Assembly (NCBI GenBank): GCA_038064415.1 | Contig: JBBTTD010000003.1 | Location: 2,597-66,596 of the forward strand | From: Patescibacteria group bacterium | GTDB lineage: Bacteria > Patescibacteriota > Minisyncoccia > Phycocordibacterales > PALSA-1337 | Direction: 5' to 3' | DNA length: 64,000 nucleotides | Shown: positions 1 through 9,271 of the stretch, piece after piece | How the letters are laid out: every line of letters begins with the position of its first letter | How positions within the stretch are numbered: the stretch's first letter is position 1 | The notes under the pieces: model-generated | Told to the model about the DNA's origin: nothing | Databases searched by the model: none | Seen by the model: only the letters and a program-made list of their open reading frames with translations | Translations under genes and position numbers: made by a program

Positions 1-78
1 TTTTACCACTCCAACTGTGTCAACTGACTTCGTCCAAAAGTCGCTTACTATCACCGTCCAAGTAACAACACTTTAGGC

Positions 79-765
79 GTGTTGCGGCCTTTTATGGGTC
101 TCATTCCGCTCGCACGATCAGCACGAATGGTGTTATACTTTTACAATATGAAACTGACACATGCGACTTCTTATACTATTTTGATTTCAATATTGTGCGT
201 GGCTGTATTTCTTTTTTCAACTGCCGCGGTCTTCGCGAAAGTTGGCGTTGGTATGGGAGCTGGTGAAATACGCCTTACCGAGTCTGTGAAGCCGGGCGGT
301 GTTTACGAACTTCCAAGTCTGCGGATTTTTAATACTGGCGATGAAGTTACCATATACGGTATGAATATCGCCTATCACCAAGACCGTCCCGAGTTGCGAC
401 CCGCGCAATCTTGGTTCTCATTTAACCCCGCCACATTCACTATTGAGCCGGGCAAAAGTCAGGAGGTCAAAGTTACCATGCTTGTTCCCGTTAAGGCAAA
501 GCCCGGAGATTATTTTGCATTTGTTGAAAGTGGTCCAGTCGCGAGTAATTCCCCTGGGACTTCAGTCGGAGTTGCTGTCGCCTCAAAGCTCTTTTTCACC
601 GCGGCGCCCGCAAATATATTTCAAGCGATAAGTTATCGCACCTCATCATTTTTAGCGGTATATTCACCCTGGTCATGGGTTGGGCTTGGACTTCTCGCTT
701 CCATTATTTTCATCATAGTCGTCAGGAAATTCTTCTCGTTTAATATTGCGGTTAGAAAAAACTAG
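79..765 (+). CDS. Hypothetical membrane/surface protein (N-terminal signal/TM, C-terminal TM anchor)
   Basis: ORF track; hydrophobic N-terminus and C-terminal TM segment (LGLLASIIFIIVV); no recognisable catalytic motif. Confidence 0.35.
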   Translation: MLRPFMGLIPLARSARMVLYFYNMKLTHATSYTILISILCVAVFLFSTAAVFAKVGVGMGAGEIRLTESVKPGGVYELPSLRIFNTGDEVTIYGMNIAYHQDRPELRPAQSWFSFNPATFTIEPGKSQEVKVTMLVPVKAKPGDYFAFVESGPVASNSPGTSVGVAVASKLFFTAAPANIFQAISYRTSSFLAVYSPWSWVGLGLLASIIFIIVVRKFFSFNIAVRKN

Positions 766-786
766 TCGCTTGTCAAAGAAAATCCT

Positions 787-1845
787 ATGCCCGGAGCCAT
801 CCCAAGAACAACTCCTTTATGGATTCTCGCTCTTATAGTTATTCTTGTACTGACCTATGCAGATACCAAGGCGCACGCGGCGACAATAACCGCAACGGTC
901 AAAATAACCGTCTGCGGTGATGGGATTGTTGAAACTCCAGAACAATGCGATAGTTCTAATCTTAATGGAGCTTCCTGTACGACGCGGGGTTTCACCGGCG
1001 GTTCTATCTCCTGCACGAACGCATGCGAGTTTAATACCTCGTCTTGTACTTTGAGTTCCGGTTCTTCAGGATCTTCCGGAAGTAGTGGCGGAGGCGGTGG
1101 AGGCAACGGTATCACCCCTGTTTCAACAAGTGCCGTCTTTAGCGGCAGGGCATATCCAGGAAGTGTGGTAACACTCCTCAAAGACGCGCAAATCGCCGCG
1201 ACAACCATTGCTGGGACTGACGCGAAGTTCCAAATCAACATTTCAAATCTTTCAGGCGGTAATTATATTTTCAGTGTCTATTCGGAGGACAAAAAAGGTC
1301 TACGCTCATCCCTACTTACATTTCCAGTATCCGTAACATCCGGCGCGACGACAAATATCAGCGGCATTTTCATCGCGCCGACAATCGCGACCGACAAAAG
1401 CGAGGTGCGACGCGGAGACAACATTGCTATCTTTGGGCAAAGCATTCCGTCGTCCGAAATCACGGTCAGCATCAATTCAGAGGAAGAGTTTTTTGTCAAA
1501 AGAACAACCGATGCGGCTGGCGCGTATCTTTTGAATTTTGATACATCCGTGCTTGAGATTGGACAACATCAGACCAAATCAAAATCAGCTTTAAGCGGCG
1601 AGATTACCGCATTCGGTAAAACAGTCGGGTTCGTGGTCGGGAATAAAAATGTGCTTGCCGAGCTAACGAAAGTTACCGCTACAAAAGGCGATACCAATGG
1701 CGATAATCGAGTCAACCTTGTTGATTTCTCCGTCGCTGCCTACTGGTACAAACGACTAAATCCTCCCGCGTCGGCCGACCTCAATAGCGACGGGAAAGTC
1801 AATTTGGTTGATTTCAGCATTATGGCGTTTAACTGGACCGGCTAA
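787..1845 (+). CDS. Secreted multidomain protein: signal peptide, Cys-rich repeat (CGDGxVExxEQCD...), Gly/Ser linker, Ig-like modules, C-terminal type-I dockerin
   Basis: C-terminal duplicated Ca-binding segments GDTNGDNRVNLVDFS ... DLNSDGKVNLVDFS are the canonical dockerin repeat pattern; N-terminal signal peptide; CGDG..EQCD cysteine repeat; SSGSSGSSGGGGGG linker. Confidence 0.6.
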   Translation: MPGAIPRTTPLWILALIVILVLTYADTKAHAATITATVKITVCGDGIVETPEQCDSSNLNGASCTTRGFTGGSISCTNACEFNTSSCTLSSGSSGSSGSSGGGGGGNGITPVSTSAVFSGRAYPGSVVTLLKDAQIAATTIAGTDAKFQINISNLSGGNYIFSVYSEDKKGLRSSLLTFPVSVTSGATTNISGIFIAPTIATDKSEVRRGDNIAIFGQSIPSSEITVSINSEEEFFVKRTTDAAGAYLLNFDTSVLEIGQHQTKSKSALSGEITAFGKTVGFVVGNKNVLAELTKVTATKGDTNGDNRVNLVDFSVAAYWYKRLNPPASADLNSDGKVNLVDFSIMAFNWTG

Positions 1846-1851
1846 CATATT

Positions 1852-2619
1852 ATGAACATATTTCTAAAAATAATTGCTGTCGCGTTGTTAGCATTTCCCG
1901 TAGCTGTTTCGGCTATGACAGTTGTTGTTGAAGTTGACACTGGGGAGGAAAGCATCAATGCGCTTGAGGCAACATTAATGTTGCCTGCAAATGCGGATAT
2001 ACATAATATTCAGAACGGCAACTCGGCCTTGCTTATGTGGGTTACTCCGCCCACACAAACGGACAACACGATCATCTTCGCGGGCATCACGCCTGGCGGA
2101 TTTGCCGGTGTCTATCCGATATTCACCATAGACGGTGAATTCGCGGCACAAGATTTGGAACAGATGAGATTTGATTCGGTTACCGCCCTTAGAGACGATG
2201 GCTCTGGTACTCGCGTACCAGTCAAGACGAAAGTCTCACTCATTCAGTCAAAAGGTGACACGATTCCGCCAGAAGACTTTACCCCGGTTATTTCACGCAA
2301 TCCGAGTATTTTTGACGGAAAATATTTCTTGGTGTTTGCCACGCAAGATAAGGGCTCTGGTATAAAGCGCTATGAAGTGCGCGAAGGACGATTCAACTGG
2401 TTTAGAAAAGAGGAAAGTCCATATCTCCTCTCATATCAGCGTCTCAACAAGGACATCTATGTGCGTGCGATAGATAACGCAGGTAACAAAAGAATTACTG
2501 TCATTGAGGCGACGACGCGCAGATCATGGTGGGAGCGTTACGGATTATTTGTTATACTTATAATGTTAGTTCTCGGGCTACTTGTATATAAAAGACAATG
2601 GCTAAAATTTATGCAATAG
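1852..2619 (+). CDS. Secreted, C-terminally TM-anchored protein with possible cohesin-like beta-sandwich module
   Basis: Signal peptide; region VVVEVDTGEESINALEATLMLP...IIFAGITPGGFAG resembles the cohesin pattern seen in the next gene; C-terminal TM (LFVILIMLVLGLLVY). Confidence 0.35.
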   Translation: MNIFLKIIAVALLAFPVAVSAMTVVVEVDTGEESINALEATLMLPANADIHNIQNGNSALLMWVTPPTQTDNTIIFAGITPGGFAGVYPIFTIDGEFAAQDLEQMRFDSVTALRDDGSGTRVPVKTKVSLIQSKGDTIPPEDFTPVISRNPSIFDGKYFLVFATQDKGSGIKRYEVREGRFNWFRKEESPYLLSYQRLNKDIYVRAIDNAGNKRITVIEATTRRSWWERYGLFVILIMLVLGLLVYKRQWLKFMQ

Positions 2620-4319
2620 TTTTTTTTCTCATCGTGTTCGCGACTGCGCCTGTTTTTGCGCATGCGGCATCGCTTAATTTTTCTCCACCCTCTGGTTCTC
2701 ATACTGTTGGGAGTTCGTTCTCGGTGAGCGTTTACGTGGAGAGCGCTAGCCAGGCGATGAATGCCGCTTCCGGCATCGTATCGTTTCCATGGGACAAGCT
2801 TGAGGTCGTGTCGCTCTCCAAGCAGGGCTCTATCTTCTCGCTTTGGCCCACAGAGCCGTCATTTTCAAATAGCCAAGGCACGGTTTCATTTGAGGGCATC
2901 GCTCTTAATCCCGGATATACTGGCACGAACGGAAAGTTGCTCACTATCACTTTTCGGGCGCGGAGCGCGGGAATGGCGAATGTGAGTTTCTCTTCTGGCT
3001 CTATTTTGGCGAATGACGGCACCGGCACGAATATACTGAACGGCCTTCGCGTTGCGAGCTATACGCTCGGAAGCACGAGCGTGCCGACTCCCACATTGCC
3101 ACAAGATGAGCCGGTTTCAACAGGGAACACGCTCGGCATCACATCCACCACGCATCCTGACCAGAGTGCTTGGTACGCAAACAATACGCCGGAATTTTCG
3201 TGGAACCTGCCCGATGGTGTGCTTGAAGTGCGAACACTCATCGGTAAATCGTCATCAGCAACACCATCGGTTTCCCACAACCCGCCGATCTCAAAAAAGA
3301 AAGTTGATGAGCTTCCCGACGGCACTTATCATTTCTCACTCCAAACACGCACGGTTTCTGGCTGGAGCACGGTATCACGTTATCGTGTCAACATTGACAC
3401 GACGCCACCCAAGCCATTCACAATCGCTTTTCCGCACGGGAATACCGGATGGGAGCCGCAACCAGTCGTGTTCTTTAACACAACGGATGACGAGTCTGGA
3501 ATAAGCCACTATGAAATCAAGGTTGGAAACGATATGAGACCATTCAAATCCGCGCCGTTTGCCACATCAAACCCCTATGTACTGCCACCGCAGCTTCCAG
3601 GCACATATACGCTCCTCGTTATGGCGGTGGACAACGCGGGCAATGTACGCAACGGCTCCGCGGGATTTACGATTGAGTCGATTGACGCGCCGACCATAAC
3701 ATACTATCCGGAAATGCTGGAGGAAGGCGATATTCTGAAAGTGAGAGGCACGACATATCCTGATTCTGATGTGACGATGTACATCCGTGAAGGCGACACA
3801 CTAGTGTCGGAGGAATATACGCGGAGCAACACGCTTGGCGACTTCGCTGTTGTCGCGACGAAATGGCTTAAGAACGGAGTATATACAATTACCGCGCGTA
3901 TTAAAGACGCGCGAGGGGCACAGAGTGTGGAGACATCGCCACTTACAGTTTCAGTCCGTTCAGAATTTGTCACGGAAATGGTGAGCTTCGTCCTGAAGTA
4001 TCTCTCTGTCGCGCTTCTCGCGCTTCTCGCGTTCGGGGTACTCGTGTGGGTAGGTCTTCGCTTGTGGTTTAGGATTCCCCGCACGATAGCGCGTATGCGT
4101 CGCGAAGCGCGAGAAGCGGAGAAAGTGTCTGAAAAGGCACTCAATGTTCTACGCGAAGATGTCCTGCGCCATATTGCCCGACTCAAGAAAGCGAAAAGAA
4201 GACTCACAGTGGAAGAAACAGAATTTTTGGAGCAGTTTGGTCAGAAGCTTAAGGAGGCGGAAGATATTATCATAAAAGAAATTCAAGATATTTCTAACGA
4301 TAAGACTGTTGGTAAGTAG
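2598..4319 (+). CDS. Membrane-anchored cohesin-domain scaffold protein (signal peptide, cohesin module, Ig/FN3-like modules, TM, cytoplasmic coiled-coil tail)
   Basis: Residues ~25-150 (SLNFSPPSGSHTVGSSFSVSVYVESASQAMNAASGIVSFPWDKLEVVSLSKQGSIFSLWPTEPSFSNSQGTVSFEGIALNPGYTGTNGKLLTITFRARSAGMANVSF) fit the cohesin fold signature; TM helix near C-terminus followed by Lys/Glu/Arg-rich coiled-coil. Confidence 0.55.
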   Translation: MAKIYAIVFFLIVFATAPVFAHAASLNFSPPSGSHTVGSSFSVSVYVESASQAMNAASGIVSFPWDKLEVVSLSKQGSIFSLWPTEPSFSNSQGTVSFEGIALNPGYTGTNGKLLTITFRARSAGMANVSFSSGSILANDGTGTNILNGLRVASYTLGSTSVPTPTLPQDEPVSTGNTLGITSTTHPDQSAWYANNTPEFSWNLPDGVLEVRTLIGKSSSATPSVSHNPPISKKKVDELPDGTYHFSLQTRTVSGWSTVSRYRVNIDTTPPKPFTIAFPHGNTGWEPQPVVFFNTTDDESGISHYEIKVGNDMRPFKSAPFATSNPYVLPPQLPGTYTLLVMAVDNAGNVRNGSAGFTIESIDAPTITYYPEMLEEGDILKVRGTTYPDSDVTMYIREGDTLVSEEYTRSNTLGDFAVVATKWLKNGVYTITARIKDARGAQSVETSPLTVSVRSEFVTEMVSFVLKYLSVALLALLAFGVLVWVGLRLWFRIPRTIARMRREAREAEKVSEKALNVLREDVLRHIARLKKAKRRLTVEETEFLEQFGQKLKEAEDIIIKEIQDISNDKTVGK

Positions 4320-4349
4320 CCCTTCGCAACCTGACTACCACCCTGTTTT

Positions 4350-5954
4350 ATGTTGTGTTATAATACGAAGATGAAATATAAAATAAATACAATGTTTCCA
4401 TATTTTATTATTTTTCTCTTTATTTTCACTCTTACCATTCCAATCCAGAATGCATCCGCCGGTTCGCTTACTCCTTCCTCCGCGCCAGCGGCCAATGGCT
4501 ATACTCTTTCTGGTATATACAATCGTCTAATAACGAATACCTCTGCCGTTTCTGGCTCTCATTCTTTTGCGCCTACCACTACCCCGCAGTCAACTTTCCC
4601 GACCTTGATTGATATTTATAATGCTATTCCAACAATATATCCAACTGATTTTTTGGCTAGCTCCACATATCTTGGTATTACTGGTTCAATTACGGTTAAA
4701 ACCGGCGATACCGTCGTCGCCTCAAGTTCTGCCCAAGGTACTTCGCTCGTCCTGACTGTTCCTCAAGGGTATTACAGTGGCGGGTCGTCAGTCACCGTCT
4801 CAACATCATCCGCAAGTTTTGTAGCTGGTAGTATTAAAAGCGGAGTTACGATTTTTGGCATTATCGGCACTCTTATTGAATCATTGGGCAATGCCGTTGT
4901 CGCCGATGTTTTCTCCGGTAAAACATTCAGCAATACCACAGATTCAAATATTACCGGTACTTTAAATCTTGCTTGCAATACCGCTACTTTCAACGGCACG
5001 GCAAATCTCGTCGCTACCGCATACGATGGCGCCGGCGATGGCTCAAATCGTTGGTGTGTTACTGATACTGGTGACGCGGTGGCCGGCGATCTTTTGTCTG
5101 GCAAAAAATCTTGGGTAGATGGCGTGGAAATTACCGGTTCAGTATCCGCCGGCTCCAATGTTACTGGCAGTAACGGCACGCTTGCCATGACGATTCCCGA
5201 TGGTTTGTATTCTGGTTCAAAAACAGCTACAGCCAACGATACCAATCTTGTGACCGGCAACATCAAAAGCGGAATCACGCTTTTTGGCGTTGCGGGCAAT
5301 TCCAATGTGGTTGATACTACTTCTGGTACGGCGGTAGCTGGCGATCTGGCCAACAATAAAATCGCCTTTTCCGCGGGCTCGCAGATTACCGGCACTATGT
5401 TTACCAACATGAAAAATCAGACAAAAGATGATTATGTGAATGGCGCGGGAACTACTGGAGAATATACAAGCGAAGAATCTACATGGTCGGCTGTTTCCGG
5501 CTCACCGTTCTCCGGATACGACGCCATTAATTATCTTGGAGCGACGGACTTGTATAGCGGCGCGGTCAAACAAGACGGAAGGACTGGTCTTTGGTGGTCG
5601 GATGTTATGGCTGTTGGCGCGACTGCTTCAACCACCACTAATGTTTTTACACTTTCAGCCGACGGCTCAAGACCAACTGGCGGTTTGGCTATCGGTTTTT
5701 GTGATGCTCTAAATAGTGCTAGTTTTGCTGGTTATACTGACTGGTATTTACCGACCCAGAAACAGCTCATGCAAGCATATATAGACGGTGCGTCAAATAA
5801 TTTATTGAATGCAGGATCAAATTCTTATTGGACATCCACAGAGGATTATAGTACAACGAATAATGCTTGGCGATCAGGTTTTAAATTTTCCGGCACTATT
5901 ATATCAAATACAAAGGTTACTACTACTGGCACTGTGCATTGCGTTCGTCCTTAA
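4350..5954 (+). CDS. Secreted Thr/Ser/Gly-rich fibre-like surface protein with C-terminal DUF1566/Fib_succ_major-like module
   Basis: Signal peptide; repetitive T/S/G-rich beta-rich sequence; C-terminal motif GYTDWYLPTQKQLMQAY...YWTST typical of DUF1566/Fibrobacter paralogous domain. Confidence 0.45.
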   Translation: MLCYNTKMKYKINTMFPYFIIFLFIFTLTIPIQNASAGSLTPSSAPAANGYTLSGIYNRLITNTSAVSGSHSFAPTTTPQSTFPTLIDIYNAIPTIYPTDFLASSTYLGITGSITVKTGDTVVASSSAQGTSLVLTVPQGYYSGGSSVTVSTSSASFVAGSIKSGVTIFGIIGTLIESLGNAVVADVFSGKTFSNTTDSNITGTLNLACNTATFNGTANLVATAYDGAGDGSNRWCVTDTGDAVAGDLLSGKKSWVDGVEITGSVSAGSNVTGSNGTLAMTIPDGLYSGSKTATANDTNLVTGNIKSGITLFGVAGNSNVVDTTSGTAVAGDLANNKIAFSAGSQITGTMFTNMKNQTKDDYVNGAGTTGEYTSEESTWSAVSGSPFSGYDAINYLGATDLYSGAVKQDGRTGLWWSDVMAVGATASTTTNVFTLSADGSRPTGGLAIGFCDALNSASFAGYTDWYLPTQKQLMQAYIDGASNNLLNAGSNSYWTSTEDYSTTNNAWRSGFKFSGTIISNTKVTTTGTVHCVRP

Positions 5955-5967
5955 GTGAGCGGATCTT

Positions 5968-7860
5968 ATGCAAAATATGTTCACAAAAAAATTTATTTCA
6001 GTAATATTGAATTTTGCGTGTATATCTGTATATCTTTTTTTGCTTGTTATTTTTAGCGCCAATTTTGTATATGCCTCAAGTACCGACGGTACCATAGACT
6101 CAACCAACCGCTACGCTTATATGGAAGCGGGAAGTTGGGTAGACTTGGGTAGCACGCAAGGCAATGTCCATGTTACCGATTCAGCGCTTTCGGGCTACGC
6201 GTGGAGTTCAGAATTTGGTTGGATTTCCTTGAATTGTTCAAATACCAGTTCATGTTCAAGTGGTGTTGATTATAAAGTCGCCAATGACAATGAAGGCGTC
6301 TTGTCTGGTTATTCATGGAGTGAGACGGCGGGTTGGATAGATTGGAAACCCACTAATGGCGGGGTAACGATTAATTCCTCCGGGATTTTCTCTGGAAGAG
6401 CGTGGGGAGATCAAGTTGGTTGGATCACTTTCAATTGTTCGGCGGATAGTTCTTGCGGGTCGGTTGATTATACAATTACGACTGATTGGCGACCATTGTC
6501 ATCTCGGTCCGTGGCCAGTCCGGTTACTGATTCAAGCACAGGATCCAATAGCAGTAGCGGCAGTAGGATGTTTTTACCGACGATTATTTCCATCCCAACG
6601 GAGATAGTTTCCAACATAATTGATGCTATTATTCCAGAATTTCTGAAGCCCAAAAAAGAACCAATCGTCAAAATTACCGATGAGATTCAGGTGTCAGATG
6701 TAACTCCGCTGGCTTTTAACGGAAAATGGAGACTATTGCCGATTCAGACTATAGGAGATTTCGTGTTCGCGCCTTTGCCACGGAGCATTCGTGCTTTGGC
6801 GGTAAAGTTTCCAAGTTTTGGTAAAACATTAAGTGAAGTTGGCGTTGTCCGTCTTTCTGATTTGGATAAATTGCGAAGCGCGACATTATCTTTGCCTGGA
6901 CTTACTGAAAGATCCGGTATTTCCGGAGCTTCATTGCGCACCGGTATATTCGCGTCTATGGCGGGAGTACCACTCGCAAAACTCTCTCCCTCTTTCAAAA
7001 AATCTTTACCTTCTGAAACGGTTTTTGCCAGGACGGCGGACGAGCTCATAGATCTGAATACTTCTATTCTGGTGAGCGATACTGGAGATGTCAATCAGAA
7101 AATCAATACTGAATCTAGGCAAACAATACGCCTAGCCATCAAACCGGAAAGTCCAGTGACATCCATCAAAGGATATTTGACTTTCCGAAAGAGGAATGCT
7201 TTGAGCAAAGAAGACGAATATTCAAATGACATGCTGGCTTCCGTCATATCCGCTTTGCCGGTGCTTGGGAAAAAATCAGACGCGCCGATAGAAGACAAAT
7301 TGGTTTTACTTTCATTTGATTACGGCGATTCTGACAAAGACGGTATCTGGACGGCGGATATAAATTCGCCGGTTGTGGCGGGAGAGTATGAGATTATGAC
7401 TATTATCGCTTATGTTGATCCCGAACTTGGTATGCGCCAAGTTAGACTTGTTACGGTGGTCGATCCGGAGGGATATGTTTATGAGAAGAACGGCTCAAAA
7501 GAGACTCGTATTCCAGATGCCGAGGTGTCTATATATGAGCTTAATAGCGATAGCGGTCAATATGAAATGTGGTCGGCCAGTACTTATCATCAAGAAAATC
7601 CTCAAACTACGGGCCTAAGTGGCACATATTCTTTCTTGGTACCACCGGGGACATATCGTATATTTGCCGTTGCTCCGGGTTATTCTCCATATGATGGCCA
7701 GCCATTTGAAGTTCAGATTGGAGGGGGAGTGCATAAGAACATTGAACTTATTCCAGAACATGGATGGATCAAAGCCCTGGATTGGAAGATTTTATTGATT
7801 ATCATAGTAGTGTTATTATTAGCTTACAATTTTTATCGCGATTATCGACGCGATAAGTAA
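5968..7860 (+). CDS. TM-anchored protein with N-terminal tandem 'GYAWSxxxGWIxF'-type repeats and C-terminal carboxypeptidase-regulatory-like (CarbopepD_reg) domain and terminal TM helix
   Basis: Repeats LSGYAWSSEFGWISLNCS / LSGYSWSETAGWIDWKPT / FSGRAWGDQVGWITFNCS; C-terminal SGTYSFLVPPGTYRIFAVAPGYSPYDGQPFEV; paralog of 44599..45459. Confidence 0.5.
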   Translation: MQNMFTKKFISVILNFACISVYLFLLVIFSANFVYASSTDGTIDSTNRYAYMEAGSWVDLGSTQGNVHVTDSALSGYAWSSEFGWISLNCSNTSSCSSGVDYKVANDNEGVLSGYSWSETAGWIDWKPTNGGVTINSSGIFSGRAWGDQVGWITFNCSADSSCGSVDYTITTDWRPLSSRSVASPVTDSSTGSNSSSGSRMFLPTIISIPTEIVSNIIDAIIPEFLKPKKEPIVKITDEIQVSDVTPLAFNGKWRLLPIQTIGDFVFAPLPRSIRALAVKFPSFGKTLSEVGVVRLSDLDKLRSATLSLPGLTERSGISGASLRTGIFASMAGVPLAKLSPSFKKSLPSETVFARTADELIDLNTSILVSDTGDVNQKINTESRQTIRLAIKPESPVTSIKGYLTFRKRNALSKEDEYSNDMLASVISALPVLGKKSDAPIEDKLVLLSFDYGDSDKDGIWTADINSPVVAGEYEIMTIIAYVDPELGMRQVRLVTVVDPEGYVYEKNGSKETRIPDAEVSIYELNSDSGQYEMWSASTYHQENPQTTGLSGTYSFLVPPGTYRIFAVAPGYSPYDGQPFEVQIGGGVHKNIELIPEHGWIKALDWKILLIIIVVLLLAYNFYRDYRRDK

Positions 7861-7881
7861 GATATAAATTTATAAATTATC

Positions 7882-8277
7882 ATGATTGATTTTCGCGCAA
7901 GCTCGATGAAGACGACAAACTGGATCAAAGTTATTTTGGCGATTGTGGTCGTATTCCTGGTCATATCCAATATCTTATTTATCTCAAAATATGTTTCAGC
8001 CAATAGACGAGCTGGACTTGCCGAAGCGATCGTCTCAAAAGAAGACTCCAAATCTAAGGTCCTTGATTTTGCCGGTTTTTTTATTGAAAAAGTTTTACAA
8101 GCCAAAGGAGAAATTAGTTTTGATGACAGGTTAATCATGGAAACCGCGGTTCGTGACCTCAAGGATTTGGAGATTGCGACGCAATGGAAGAAATTCGTGC
8201 AAAGCAGTGATGAGAGGGTAGTCCAGATTGAAGTGACCAATCTCTTAAAATTATTAGTGGATAAGGCGAGAAAATAG
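7882..8277 (+). CDS. Small membrane-anchored hypothetical protein
   Basis: ORF track; single N-terminal TM helix. Confidence 0.3.
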   Translation: MIDFRASSMKTTNWIKVILAIVVVFLVISNILFISKYVSANRRAGLAEAIVSKEDSKSKVLDFAGFFIEKVLQAKGEISFDDRLIMETAVRDLKDLEIATQWKKFVQSSDERVVQIEVTNLLKLLVDKARK

Positions 8278-8391
8278 AGAGCAAAATGATTCTCGTCTGA
8301 CCAATCCATCATAGCGTTTATTAGCACATCATTTATGGGACGATATTCTAAAACTGGTATAATTATTTCATTATCAACCTAATTAATTTTT

Positions 8392-8931
8392 ATGCGACAT
8401 CATACGATTGAAGTATCACCATTTTTTTATTTTCTTTTTAATGATAAGAAAATTTCCTGGTTTTGGATTATAATACGATTATATGTTGGTTATGAATGGC
8501 TTATTGCCGGTTGGTCAAAAGTTACGAGTGATGCTTGGGTTGGTTCTGGCGCTGGTTCCGCGCTTTTAGGTTTTCTCAATGGGGCGTTAGCCAAGACGGT
8601 TGGCGCGCACCCTGATGTTCAGGGGTGGTATGCTTACTTCTTGCAGAGCGCCGTTGTGACACATCCCGCTTTTTGGTCCAATTTGGTTGCTTGGGGGGAA
8701 TTGGCGGTTGGTATAGGTCTTATTATCGGTGCTTTTACGGGAATCGCGGCATTCTTCGGACTTTTTATGAACCTGAACTATTTACTTGCCGGTACCGTAA
8801 GTAGCAATCCAGTGTTGTTTACTCTTTCTATTGGTCTGGTTTTGGCGTGGAAGGTCGCGGGTTACATTGGCGCAGACAAATATCTCTTACCCAGGTTGGG
8901 TGTTCGTCCTGATAATGTTGTAGGGGGGTGA
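8392..8931 (+). CDS. DoxX-family membrane protein
   Basis: 4-TM protein, motif WIIIRLYVGYEWLIAGWSKV and overall DoxX-like organisation. Confidence 0.5.
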   Translation: MRHHTIEVSPFFYFLFNDKKISWFWIIIRLYVGYEWLIAGWSKVTSDAWVGSGAGSALLGFLNGALAKTVGAHPDVQGWYAYFLQSAVVTHPAFWSNLVAWGELAVGIGLIIGAFTGIAAFFGLFMNLNYLLAGTVSSNPVLFTLSIGLVLAWKVAGYIGADKYLLPRLGVRPDNVVGG

Positions 8932-9002
8932 TAAAACTGGCTATTCCCAAGAATTCCTTTAGGTGGTACAATCATATAGTTAATAAATAAACAGTTAAAA
9001 AC

Positions 9003-9257
9003 ATGCCAAAAGCAAATTCAGCGTTTATGAAGCCTTTGACCGTTAGTGCCGATTTAGCAAAAGTCGTGGGTAATGGTCCAATGCCTAGGTCAGAAGTGGT
9101 CAAGAAGCTTTGGGTCTATATCAAGGGCAAGAATCTTCAGGATCCAAAGAACAAGCGTAATATTGTCGCTGATGAGAACTTGAAGAAGGTATTTGGAGGC
9201 AAAGATGTGGTGAATATGTTTGAGATGACCAAACTGGTTTCCAAGCATCTTTCGTAA
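9003..9257 (+). CDS. SWIB/MDM2-domain protein
   Basis: Full-length match to SWIB consensus: KPLTVSADLAKVVG...RSEVVKKLWVYIKGKNLQDPKNKRNIVADENLKKVFG...FEMTKLVSKHL. Confidence 0.7.
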   Translation: MPKANSAFMKPLTVSADLAKVVGNGPMPRSEVVKKLWVYIKGKNLQDPKNKRNIVADENLKKVFGGKDVVNMFEMTKLVSKHLS

Positions 9258-9271
9258 GATAAAGGAAAAGA

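Noticed and set aside
2732-5410. Numerous antisense/alternative-frame ORFs inside large surface-protein genes (e.g. 2732..3028 -, 3052..3504 +, 3704..4207 -, 4772..5410 -)
   Set aside because: They are embedded in longer ORFs with clear domain content (cohesin, signal peptides, repeats); typical frame artefacts of Ser/Thr/Gly-rich coding sequence.
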